64,000 bases of DNA, from NCBI RefSeq assembly GCF_001194135.2, contig NC_068984.1, positions 119,108,285 to 119,172,284 of the forward strand. The letters are read 5' to 3'. Source of the stretch: Octopus bimaculoides. Lineage: Eukaryota. This document shows, in pieces, positions 24,701 to 37,189 of this stretch (its first letter is position 1; each line of letters begins with the position of its first letter). Position numbers and translations under genes: made by a program. Under the pieces are notes generated by a model. The model was given only the letters and a program-made list of their open reading frames with translations, made no database searches and was not told where the DNA came from.

Positions 24701-27700
24701 TTGATGGAGGAGGAGNNNNNNNNNNNNNNNNNNNNNNNNNNNNNNNNNNNNNNNNNNNNNNNNNNNNNNNNNNNNNNNNNNNNNNNNNNNNNNNNNNNNN
24801 NNNNNNNNNNNNNNNNNNNNNNNNNNNNNNNNNNNNNNNNNNNNNNNNNNNNNNNNNNNNNNNNNNNNNNNNNNNNNNNNNNNNNNNNNNNNNNNNNNNN
24901 NNNNNNNNNNNNNNNNNNNNNNNNNNNNNNNNNNNNNNNNNNNNNNNNNNNNNNNNNNNNNNNNNNNNNNNNNNNNNNNNNNNATATATGTGATGTAGCC
25001 CACTGGATGGTGAGGCATGCCTCTTGCAGCCTGCCTGGCAAAATAGTTGCCCATGCCTGACCTAGAAAGTCAAACCACAAACAAAAAAAATAATCCCAGT
25101 ATGAAATGAAAATTAACATCAATGAAAAAAATACTTACTATAGCTTTCTTCTTACTTTTAAGTTCTTGAAGATCTTGCTCTAGAGAAAAAGAGATCAAAG
25201 AAAATTAGAAGAGAATGATAAGTAAAACAAATACCAGTCACGTTTCAAAGGAGTTTTATTATGAATTTTTATTTTAGGCTATATATTTAATAAAAAGCAT
25301 TTAGTGATGTTTCCTGTATCGCTAAAATACATTGTTTCACAAACGATTGAAAAATGTAAATACCACAACAGAAACATTCCCACAGAACTGGAATTAATTA
25401 TGTATATTATTTACTGCTATAAATCACATAATTATTATTTCATGAAAACTATCTAATGCACATAGCAGTAAATGAAAAGCAAAGGTCTTCTAATAAAAAT
25501 AACATCTTTATATTACAGAAGGAAAAAAAATTTTTTATTCTTAATTACTAAATATTTATCCACTGAGTTATCTATGAGATTCAAAGCTATTTATTCACAG
25601 GCTGTAACACATGTGTTACACTCTTCCGAGTGTCAACAAGCTCTCGCATAACTTGCATGTCTTAATGAACGAAATTCCTTTTTCTTTTCCAACAGCATAT
25701 CAATTGACTAATTAACAAAAATCTAACTAGTCTTTTATTTCAGTTTAACTAGAAAGAAATATTTTCATTTCTAAGCATATGGATTAAATAACTTATTGAA
25801 TTATATCAAAAGTAAAAACACTTTAAAAAAAAAATGATTGAGAAATCCTATTTTTAAATACACCTTGAGAATAAAAAGCAAGTATGATTAAACCATTTTT
25901 ATTGACTTTGTTCAGCAGGAAGTGGTAAGATTCTCGGATTTTAAGAAAGAAGAAAATAGTTATCGTAAAAGTTAAGATGTAAATAGTCACACCTTTCCAA
26001 TTTTTATGGTAATTATTNNNNNNNNNNNNNNNNNNNNNNNNNNNNNNNNNNNNNNNNNNNNNNNNNNNNNNNNNNNNNNNNNNNNNNNNNNNNNNNNNNN
26101 NNNNNNNNNNNNNNNNNNNNNNNNNNNNNNNNNNNNNNNNNNNNNNNNNNNNNNNNNNNNNNNNNNNNNNNNNNNNNNNNNNNNNNNNNNNNNNNNNNNN
26201 NNNNNNNNNNNNNNNNNNNNNNNNNNNNNNNNNNNNNNNNNNNNNNNNNNNNNNNNNNNNNNNNNNNNNNNNNNNNNNNNNNNNNNNNNNNNNNNNNNNN
26301 NNNNNNNNNNNNNNNNNNNNNNNNNNNNNNNNNNNNNNNNNNNNNNNNNNNNNNNNNNNNNNNNNNNNNNNNNNNNNNNNNNNNNNNNNNNNNNNNNNNN
26401 NNNNNNTCTCTAGCTCAATAAGTACCAAGAAGAACTGCTGGTTTTAGTTAAGAATTTCTCATGCATTTAACTCATGCAAATGTGATATCTGTGATCCTTT
26501 ATCAATGTAGCAATCCAAACTGTATCTTATCCAATCTAACACTAGTGGGTGCATTTATCACAGCATTAGGAAGACTGCCTTGTCCTATGAAGAAGTCTTC
26601 TCTATGTTGTCAGTGTTCATTCATAACATGTCCATGAGGGAAACAGAAGAAAAAGTAATGAAAGTTAGAGTGATGGAGAATGAAGAGAAAGAGAAATTGA
26701 ATTGACAGTTATATGCTGATTGTTGGTAAGGAGATTGAATAGAAAACAGCATGTGTAATGCAGTAGGGTAGAAGGAGAGACAGGAAAGAAACAATGTGAT
26801 GGAAGGAGGAATGAAAATGGGAAAGAGAATGGGGAATGACAACAATGGGTATTAGAGGAAGAAGTAATATGAGATTGAGCAATGGACAGCAATAAAGATG
26901 GGTGATGGTAAAAGAGAAGGAGTGACAGATGTCAATCACTAATAGGGGAGGGAATAATGGGAAACAGGAGATATACACATTACCAAGTGCCTTAAAGAAA
27001 TGCACAAATACAATATTCTGAACAGTAGTGTTGACCTGTCTTTGTGGAAGTTATTTTGGTTCCATTGTAAGATTGGATTAATATGAGGGGAAACTGAGGA
27101 GCACTGACTTATAAATGTTTGAGACTAGAAGTGAGTGTAATTATGCTATAGTTCTGGGATCAGTGAAAATTACCTGTCTTTAAAAGTAGAATAACTGAAA
27201 CTGTGAATGAAGGGCAGATTGCATGAAGTATGATATCATCAAGTGATGTGTGCAGGGGTAAGCCATGGGTGCTGAACATAGAGGATACACAAATGTTGAA
27301 ATGACATAAGGCAAGCATATCTCATAAGATATGTAATATCAGCATGCATGAATGTAGTTGCATACAAATATCAAGTGCATACGNNNNNNNNNNNNNNNNN
27401 NNNNNNNNNNNNNNNNNNNNNNNNNNNNNNNNNNNNNNNNNNNNNNNNNNNNNNNNNNNNNNNNNNNNNNNNNNNNNNNNNNNNNNNNNNNNNNNNNNNN
27501 NNNNNNNNNNNNNNNNNNNNNNNNNNNNNNNNNNNNNNNNNNNNNNNNNNNNNNNNNNNNNNNNNNNNNNNNNNNNNNNNNNNNNNNNNNNNNNNNNNNN
27601 NNNNNNNNNNNNNNNNNNNNNNNNNNNNNNNNNNNNNNNNNNNNNNNNNNNNNNNNNNNNNNNNNNNNNNNNNNNNNNNNNNNNNNNNNNNNNNNNNNNN

Positions 27701-28180
27701 NNNNNNNNNNNNNNNNNNNNNNNNNNNNNNNNNNNNNNNNNNNNNNNNNNNNNNNNNNNNNNNNNNNNNNNNNNNNNNNNNNNNNNNNNNNNNNNNNNNN
27801 NNNNNNNNNNNNNNNNNNNNNNNNNNNNNNNNNNNNNNNNNNNNNNNNNNNNNNNNNNNNNNNNNNNNNNNNNNNNNNNNNNNNNNNNNNNNNNNNNNNN
27901 NNNNNNNNNNNNNNNNNNNNNNNNNNNNNNNNNNNNNNNNNNNNNNNNNNNNNNNNNNNNNNNNNNNNNNNNNNNNNNNNNNNNNNNNNNNNNNNNNNNN
28001 NNNNNNNNNNNNTATATATATATATATATACACACACAATGGGCTTCTACACAGTTTTTATCAACAAAATTCATTCACAACATATTAACTGGCCCAGGGC
28101 TAAAGTATGTTCCGAACAGTGGGGTTTAACCCCAAACTATATAGTTGCAACAAAACCAACTTCATAGTCACATACCCAGT

Positions 28181-28215
<35 letters not shown>

Positions 28216-28283
28216 ATGGCTCTCAAATCATAAATAATTTCTTTATATAAATTGAAGCATTATAAAGAGTTTTACTTTCTTAC
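20788..28283 (-). other. PAP intron (7496 bp, phase 1, GT-AG)
   Basis: GTAAGA donor at 28283 and CAG acceptor at 20790-20788. Contains an antisense RTE LINE, microsatellites and three assembly gaps. Confidence 0.85.
23107..24615 (+). mobile_element. 5'-truncated RTE LINE, antisense inside the PAP intron
   Basis: QFGFVPGRS, AFVDLEKAFDRVP, GVHQGSALSPLLF, ELLYADD, CSICRKG...CTQC...HKRC and WYGHVL, with in-frame stops. Shortened 3' UTR and (GAT)n tail at 24590-24615. Confidence 0.93.
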
Positions 28284-29529
28284 CTCCAGCTCCATTAATT
28301 AAATGTACTGGTGCCTTTGGATTATGGTAATTCCAGCTACTAACCACATTGTTTGCAACAGGATAACTTCTTTCATAATGGTGTACATGACCACTCACAT
28401 AAACATCAACATTTTTTTGTACTAGAAGATTTTCCAATGCAGCTCTGAGCTTTGTAGAGAGAGATTTGCAACTTATATTTGCATTGTGCGAGCTACAATA
28501 CAAAGGCCGATGTGCAAGGGCAATAACCCAGGGTACTTTGTCTCTGTTTAAATTAGCTTTGTTCAGATCATTTTCAAGCCACTGATATTGTATTGAACTT
28601 TGGTTTACGTCATGCTCAGTGGAAAACATACTGAAGTGAACACCCATATAATCGAAAGAATACCAGAATGGAGAGTCAGAGTCACTTTCCAAGTAGGGCA
28701 TCCGAAACCAGTTTAGATAAGCACCAAAGTTAAACTGAACTTCATGATTTCCTGGTAAAACCATATATGGAATTCTACTCGTTATTCTTTTTATTTTATT
28801 CATATATTCTGTCCATATATACGAATTGTTTCCTTCTCGTTTGCTGAAATTGTCTGCATAGCTGATGTCGCCAATATGTATAAGAATCTTCATTTCTAAA
28901 GAACGAGTAAAATTCCAAATTGATTCAATTGTTTCATCGCTATTTGTGACACCAAGGTCACCAACAATTCCAATCAAATTACGCTTCTCTGATTTGCTAT
29001 TTACACTGCTAATGTATGAATTTTCTGACTTTGAGATTGTGCAACTATTTACTTCTTTTGGAGTTAGCATATTTGGTTTTTGTAAACTAAAACTTTGGAT
29101 TGTGCTCCAGCCGTAAGCAGGATCACCACAGACGTAGTAAACAATATCGTATATGTTTTCAAATTTCTCTAATTTTAACACAGCTCTATTTAATGTTAAC
29201 TGAAACATTCCAGCTGTATATGTGTATGATTTTCCTTGTACTTTACTGGGCGTTTCAGAATGAATATTGCCATAGAGACATGCTGGAGAAAATGAATTAT
29301 TTATAAAAGGAACAGGAGTCAGCCATATTGCAAGTATTTCGTTGTGCCCTTTTAGTGCTAAGTGCAATCCTTGAACTGGTTCTGAACTTAAAATAATTGG
29401 TTCCTTCAAAGGATTAACAACTTTAGGTGACATGTCTGCAAATATTCTGTTTAGTTCCTCGTTATCAGAAACAAACGTAGTATAACACACAGACCAAAAT
29501 AAGCTTACAATGCCAAGTGATAATAACAT
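28284..29529 (-). CDS. Purple acid phosphatase (Fe/Zn or Fe/Mn metallophosphoesterase, secreted), coding exon 1 (415 codons + 1 nt)
   Basis: Open frame with all five PAP motif blocks in order: GDLG, GDISY, GNHE, ALAH(RPLY), GHVH. N-terminal QGLHLAL...AIWLT and YYVCGDPAYGWS match the PAP N-terminal (FN3-like) domain. First ATG at 29529 gives the signal-peptide-like MLLSLGIVSLFWSVCYT; the ORF track start at 29550 is TTG. Exon bounded by a pyrimidine tract + AG acceptor (exon starts 29551) and an AG|GTAAGA donor after 28284. Confidence 0.95.
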
Positions 29530-30504
29530 TTTTCTATAACTGACTTCCAATCTTGAAAATAAAGGAAAAACATAGAATTAGACATCTATATATAATGGGC
29601 AATACAAAAATATTTATTCATTTCTAATCCATAACAAATATTTAAATTTTAGTAGTAATAATATGCGCTGAAAAATTATTCTTTCAATTGTTACAATTAT
29701 ATGTGAAATAAATTCAATATTTTTATTTCAAGATTATATATATGTTGCAATTAAATTTCTGATGTGTCAAATAGGTGTACACATGCGATTTATAAAGAAA
29801 TATGAGTCTCAAAATAAGCAAATGTTCAAAAGCTACAGCCAACTTTGGAGCCTGTATATGGTTATTTATACCTGTTATATTTCTCTTTACATTAAATACA
29901 GCATGGAATCTAAAAATCAAAAATACGAAAGCTTATACAAATGTTTAAGAACATATGTTGGGATTTTGAAAATACCTCAAGGAGTGACAACCATATCTAG
30001 TATAGTTACAGGTTGCCCTTTGGCAAGGCATAGCACATATTCAGCCACCCAGCCAGGGATACAGCAAAGTCATGGAACTGCAGCATGGTAGATAATGAAT
30101 AGGTAGTGGAAGAGCTCAACTGAGCCAATGGTGATTCTTACATTGATACTGAGGAGAAGAATCCTAGAAGATCAAGTCAGGAATGCCAAGCTCTCTATCA
30201 AGAGAGTAACTGCCATGCATTGATAAGAGTGGCATCCATGATTGTGCAATCAGCTAATGAAAGATTCACTATAACTCAAGCTCCCAATTCAATTTCATAA
30301 TAATGGAATTGGATGGTAACAGAGAGTCATGGGAATCCACAAAAGCAGCATAACTGAAGACAGAAAGAACATATGCAGTCTTGCTGATTTTGGATATAGT
30401 TCTCAGCAAATATTAAAGGATGTCAAGATACAACATACACAATTCTTATATCACTTACCAGTTTCCATATTACTCCTCCATTTTGCTGAGAAAACAATAG
30501 CTTA

Positions 30505-30726
30505 TATGAGTGGGGTGCTGAAAAGTTCCTAGTTTTGAGTAAAAGAAAATACAGAAGGGTCAGTTAATTATGATTTTATTCAACATATTCCCCTCTCAGA
30601 TTCACATGTTTATTGCTGTGGTCCTTCAGTTTTTCTAAGCCCTATAAAAGAACTCCAAAGGTTGGGCCTCCAACCAGGCCTTTTGCAGTACCCTTAAAGT
30701 CAGGAATTTTTCAGCATCCCCTTGTA
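30505..30726. mobile_element. mariner-type MITE about 1 kb upstream of the PAP coding exon
   Basis: TA-flanked imperfect TIRs: tatgagtggggtgctgaaaagttcct versus reverse complement tacaaggggatgctgaaaaattcct. Confidence 0.75.
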
Positions 30727-31424
30727 GTTATGTAAAAACTGTTAAAAGCTTGACAACCATTTAAAAGTTTTTTTAATGCTGCTCATTGGTTTATGTTAAG
30801 CTCTGCTGCTCTGTCATTCCACAGTAATACTGCATATGTTTTGAACATAGACTTTGGTACTAAATATTTAGTTTCGATCTGGTCAAAGAAAATCTACTAC
30901 AATAAATTCCATCTGAACCATGCAAACATGGAAAAGTGGATGATAAATGATGATGACAACAACAACAAATTGCCAACAATAGTCAAAATATCTTCTGTAT
31001 GTGAGCCTGTGAGGAAGTTTTTAACTGGTTGTTCAATCTGCAAGAAATAGCAGCCAAATATCTCTCAAATACCACTATACCATCTTTAGAAATGAAGCAG
31101 ACATTAGATAATGCTATCTTAGATACTCTGTTCACTACATCTGATATTAATGATGGAGTGGTTTCAGTTGAAATGCCTTTGATGATAAGTCTATCCAATT
31201 ATCATATAATGTTGGATAAGAAATGGTCTGTTTGATATATCTTACACGTTCTAAGCCATTATTCTATCAGCATAATGGAGATTGATAAGAGATAAGAATC
31301 TCAAAACTAATTTTTATTACCTCATGCCATGTTACTAAGAACATGATTCCATTCTACAGTAAGACTTTATAAAATACACTTCAGTGTACTGAAATGTTAA
31401 GTGTGTGTGTGTGTGTGGGTGTGT

Positions 31425-31471
<47 letters not shown>

Positions 31472-32371
31472 GGGGGGAGGTGCCAAAAACAAAGAAGCAT
31501 GAAGCAAAAGAACAACAAACAGGGTGTATTAGGTTTGCTATCAGGAAAATTGGAAGAAGTCATTGACATTTCAAGCCTACGCTCTTCTACGGAATGGATA
31601 GATGAGGAGAGAAAAAATCAAACATATCTGAACTAAATAGTTAGGGCATTTCAATGATTTTTGTCTCAAACAAGGCTTGAGGCCTCTGTAGAGTAAAGAA
31701 CTACAAATAAGGCAAAGAAGGGGACCAATAAATTCAAAAGATGTCAACTAACAGAAAGCTTAAAAGAGTGAATATCATAGACCAGAGGAAAACAAGACAA
31801 TGTTAATGAGCTCCAGAGAGCAGTAGTTTGAAGAAAAAAGATATTAGAATAAAAGAGTCTATAACTAAACAGGAAACTCAAAAGAGAAATGATGCACATT
31901 TAAAGGTCTTGGCAGAGGGTACAAAACCAGAGAGTTCATCAGAGCAATGACCATGGATATACTTAGAGAAAAGACACCACAGAGATATATTTTAACAATG
32001 AGCCAAAGACTCCAACTTAATAGAATATTATTTTGATTCTCAAAATTCAGAATATTCACTTAAAACATTATCAACTTTTCTGAACAGATGATATGCATCA
32101 TTTTTATTCCAAAATGAAAGGGAGATTTTCAAATGCAAAAATTTCAACCATTCAAATACAATGAGGATAAACGTGTGAGTTGATTTAAAACTGAAAATTT
32201 CAAAAAAGCACATGAAACTAAACTACTTTAATGCAAAAATACGGTTTTTGTGTCTTGTTTGCAAGATTCTTGATGTGAAATCATGTGTTGAAAAAGATTT
32301 TGTATCTTAAGAAGGTTATTTTGTCTGTAATAAACAATGGTCCTGTTTCACTTACTTTATCATTATTAATC

Positions 32372-32649
32372 AACAAGTTAACCATTAAACCAATTAACTA
32401 ATTAATTGTTTGATTAATTGTTCAGTCAATTAATCAATCAGCTAAGTTCATCAGAGTCCTTTTGTCGCTGTTAGCAACTTTATCAATGATATACTCTGAG
32501 CGGGCTTGAAGTAGTGGAGCATATCATCGATGAGGTCACAAATGTATGACAAAAGAACTCTCAGGAACCTCACTGATTGAGTGAGTGACCAAATAATCAA
32601 TAAAATAATCTGTTAGGTGATTGGTTAACTGGTTGACTGATTGAATGTT
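32372..32649. repeat. Imperfect foldback palindrome (about 280 bp)
   Basis: Nested stems 32446-32466/32548-32568 and 32478-32496/32517-32535, plus degenerate outer arms. Confidence 0.75.
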
Positions 32650-33994
32650 AATCCTTTCTGTTATAGGATGGAGCTAGTCAATTATTTTGACCCCAGTGAG
32701 AGATGGGGTTAGTCAATTACTTTGACCCCAGTGCTCCCCAGCAGAAAGGTGACTGTGTAAATTTTATCAATTATACAAAGACACAGTCACTGCTCATATC
32801 AAGGAAACAGTTTTATGAATATCTTACTCTCTGTGGTTATCAACAAAGCACATTTAAAACCCTCAAATTAGTTACAAATGCCTGATAATCTCTCATGGTG
32901 TACCTACATCTACAGTATTGCTTGAACTGCATTTAAAAAATTAGCCTTCTGTTTCAGTGCCATAAAATGCTTTAGCTCTGGTTAGTTCTGAGCTTCTGCA
33001 AAGCTTAAGAAAGACTCAAATAGAGAACTATTTTTATATTTAGGATGGTCCTATTATACATTTCAAATAGCCTGGAACACATCCAAAAGTAAGCTGTCTA
33101 ACTGATTGGCAAAGACTCAATAACATAATACAACTTCTGATTTACTGTCATTCCTGGGTTTACTCTTACCCTGAGTAGTAGCACCTGTCAAGGTCCCAGC
33201 TATGAATTAATTAGCATATTAGGGCTTGCCAGCCTATGCATATGAAAACTGGATCCAATACATTCTACAGAAAGGTCTTACTAAGGTGTTACACAGTGGA
33301 ATTGAACCTGAAACCATGTGACTGTAAGTTAACTTCTCAACCACACAGCCAGACCCATGTATATCTTTTCCATAAAATTTAATCATGTTGTTGCGTAAGC
33401 AAAAATATTTGAAAATGTTTTATTCAGCAATTCAAATCTTCTGCCACTGCTGTTGTTATTTTTTATTTGACAGTCAAGCCAGCACTTATGACCTGTGGGT
33501 TGATATTATATTTAAAACATAACTCACACATACACACAGGCAAAATTTCCCATTCCGTAACATTCTCCACACTTTAAAGATCCTTAACTGAAAGAGGATG
33601 CACAACATGTCCTCCATTAAATCTAACAATTGCTTAATGTGGTTGGCATCCGTTAACAGATCACTTTCAAAAAAGAATCTGTTCCCTGATGAAAACACTT
33701 CCACCAGGGATCATGCAACCAAGTTTTGCTTCTCCATATATTGTGAGTCTTGTGAAAAGAAAGACTCTTCCATGTAGTGTGCTGTTAATTGATGTTGATA
33801 AAAGTGTTCTCACTAAGTGTACGGCTCCCAGAAGAATTACCTTCCACTTGCAGTTGGCTGGAAAGTCTTTCAGTTTCAGGTCTTTTATTTTTTTATATTG
33901 CTGTAACTTCACTTTCACACACAGGATAGTGCCGTTTGCTGGCAATGTAGAAACCAAACAGATTTACTGCTCTGATAATGCTACAGCTTCTTGT

Positions 33995-34223
33995 TTAACC
34001 CTTTTGTTACTGGATTTATTTTGAGATGCTCTGTGTTTCTTTCAATTATTTTAAATATAACAAAGAATTTAGCAAAATAACTTAGTTATCATTAAGCTAG
34101 TGTTAGGAGTATAAATTGTGACTAAGGTTTGGTGGAAGATTTTAATTCAAAACTTATGGAAATAAGACATTTGTACTACAGAGCCAGAGCCGGTTTCAGC
34201 CAGGTTGGTAACGAATGGGTTAA
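33995..34223. mobile_element. piggyBac-type MITE (family 1)
   Basis: TTAA-CCCTTTTGTTAC ... GTAACGAATGGG-TTAA termini. Second copy at 39972-40201. Confidence 0.8.
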
Positions 34224-35479
34224 TACTGCTTGTTTTAAAGAATGCTTTCCATTCCTGAATATTAGTAATAACTAGTGATAGTTGTAATGGCAGCAATAGC
34301 AGTTGTAAAAGTTTAATAAAAGCCATGTCTCGTGGATCCATCAAAAAATCAAATAAACTAATGTAAATAAATTGTGTAAAGCAAGAAATATTTCCAAAAG
34401 TTTTGAACAATGATTCTGCCATCAATCCAATTGTAATTTTTCTTTATTTGACTGGGCTTATGTAAATATGTAACATGGCTGTTATATTTAAAATGTCACA
34501 CACATATACACAAAACAACTTTCACATTTCACAACACATTTATTTCTTCTATTTTTACTGTCATAACCTTACTTAGAGCTGTTCCTTCTAAAATTGATCT
34601 GATGACCTTGACACCGGCAAGCACATGATGAAGTTTGACACCAGCCAGAGGAATTCAGCTATCCTACTCACCACAAGTATTGTCTTACATGGTGTAAAAT
34701 AATACATCGTAAGGACTTGATTTATACAGCATTGTGGCCCATCCGGTTTGAGAGCAAAGGAAAACAAAATGTTCTCTAATTTGTAAATTTTGTTACTCTC
34801 ATTTAACACTATCCTGCACCACAAAATTCCAATGTCTACATCAGAAGTGAAAACAAGCAAGAACAACTAAAGTATCTTGAGGCAAAAATTTATAGGAGAA
34901 ATGGGGTAGGAAATAGGTAATATTCCTCAGAAGCATTAGTAATATAAATGAAATGGTTTCAGCTGCTAATAGTAATTGTATTATATACTTGATTCACAAA
35001 GAACTTACCACCGTGCCCATTACATTATTGAATATATTTATCTTTTATCCTTTATATGTGCAACGAAAAGAATGAAGGTTCGAATCATGTCAGGGTCATC
35101 AAATATAACAAAAGGAATGAATGTTATCAAATGTAGGGTTTTAGTCAAACGAGTCAACTCTAATCCTTGTTTTCTAAATTCTGTTACTTATCCTATTGGT
35201 CTCTTTTGCCAAATTGCAAAGTTAAAACTAGTTGAATAAAAAATATTATCTCTAACAGATGAATTTTTAATATTTCTTTTAGACTTCCCATTCAGCATCT
35301 GTACAAGCTGAAACAAAGTTAAAAACAAAAGAAAGAAAAAAAAAGCAAGAAAATCATATCGCTTTTGATTATACTAAAAATTCTATCATTGGAAGCTATA
35401 TTTTTAAACTGTAAAAACAGTGAAGATTTAATATACTTTTAAATCTAATTTTTATATTTTATCCTTTGCGTAAATTTGT

Positions 35480-35845
35480 TATTTGACTGCACCCATGCTG
35501 GGGCACAACCTTACAAGGTTTAATCAAACAAATTGATTCCAGTACTTATTTTTTTTTAAAGAATCGTACTTATTCCAAAGACTTCTTTTGCCAAACCATT
35601 AAGTTACAGGGATGTAATCAAACCAACAGCAGTTGTCAAGTGGAGCAAGGTGGACAGACAAATAGATACATAAAGACATACATACATACATATATATATA
35701 TGACAGGCTTCATCAAATCAACTCACAAGGATTTGGTCAGCTTGCTGTTATAGTGGAAGACATTTTCCCATGATGCAGTACAATAGAACTGAACCCAAGA
35801 CCACATGGTTGGGAAGTAAGCTTCTCAACCACACTGCCATACCTC
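35480..35845 (-). mobile_element. SINE family A
   Basis: Diverged reverse-complement homology to 638-1026. Confidence 0.75.
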
Positions 35846-37189
35846 CACCAATCCATTTTGAATGATACTTGAGTGTTTTATTTGCAAATAGCAAGTAATA
35901 AAAATAATGTCTTTAAAAACTTATTTTAGGTTAATTAAAAGTTATTAAAAAAAATATCTTTATATAAAAAGGCGCCTCAGCTTTCCAGAAATAACTCTTT
36001 CTCATTTTAGTACAAAGCCAGCAATTTTCTGAGGAGGTGGGGCAAGTTGATTACATTGACCCCAGTACTTGACTGATACTCTATTTTAGCAACCTCAAAT
36101 GATAAAATGCAAAGTTGACTGCATTGGGATTTAAACACAGAAGGTAAAGTCAGAGTAAATACTGCTAAACATTTTGTCTGACACGTTAATGGTTTTGCCA
36201 GCTTGACACCTTCAGCTTTCGACAAACAATGATAATCAACTTGGACATTCTTGTATTTGCATAAAAAAACACACTCACTCATTTCATTCATGTAAAACCA
36301 GAAATTCAAGTCTCATTTAGAATGGTTTGTTATGATAAGTCAAACCAATTTTATTGACAACAAACCCAGTCTTCAAGTATTTAGGAAACAATTTTCACAA
36401 GAAATACAAATAATGTTTTTTTTCCTATTCAGAAACTTATGAATATGTACAAATATTTTCTGAGCAATTTCAAAAGCCAGCATTGCATAATATTTATGCT
36501 ATCATTGAGATTTTTAATCTTTGCTTTCTTTTGTTCCTTTCTTTTCTTGTCCAGTTTTTCTTTTTTTTAGTTATGCTAATTATGGTATGTTAAGTGCAAG
36601 CATGGCTCTGTGTAAGATGTTTACTTCCCAACCACATGGTCAACTATGTGACACATTGGGCAATGTCTTCTACTATAACCCTGGGCCAACCAAAGGCTTG
36701 TGAGTGACTTTTTGATAGACAGATGCTGAAAGAAACCTCTGTGTGTGGGTATGTGTATGTGTGAGTGTGTGAGTGGTAGTGTGTGCATATGTGAATGTGT
36801 GTGAGAGAGAGAGAGAGCATGTGTGTGAGTCTGTTTTTGTTTGATGTGTATATAGCTGTAAATGAGTGTCACTGTCATGCAAGTGGTGTTCTTTGTTTCC
36901 AATTTTCTATGAAAACCTGTTTGATTATGGGGAAATTACACCTTGGAAATAGATGAGAGTTGGTAACAGGAAGGGCATCCGACTATAGAAAATCTACCTT
37001 GATGATAGTCATCAATATAATAATGATGACGACTTTGAATTCCAAACATCTTCCACCTGACTACAGAAATAAAGTATGATCACCATATCACATGGCAGTA
37101 CAGTTTATTATTCACATGCCTAAAATCAACCAGTGTGGTACATTTAAACGTTTAGCATTTAGACTAGCAGTATCATCTCATCCCTTCTT

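Noticed and set aside
28243-28283. C-terminal KKVKLFIMLQFI* of the 435-aa ORF
   Set aside because: Read-through into the intron past a consensus donor; the true C-terminus is at 20609-20787.
29530-29550. ORF-track start MEVSYRK
   Set aside because: The codon is TTG just inside the acceptor; the first ATG is at 29529.
31029-31235. 68-aa protein-like ORF
   Set aside because: Overlaps the dispersed gaaatagcagccaaat...accatcttta repeat also seen at 18060-18150; no domain or convincing splice pair.
33486-34024. Overlapping ORFs with moderate complexity
   Set aside because: No recognisable motif, stops in the extended frames, no coherent splice sites; runs into a MITE.
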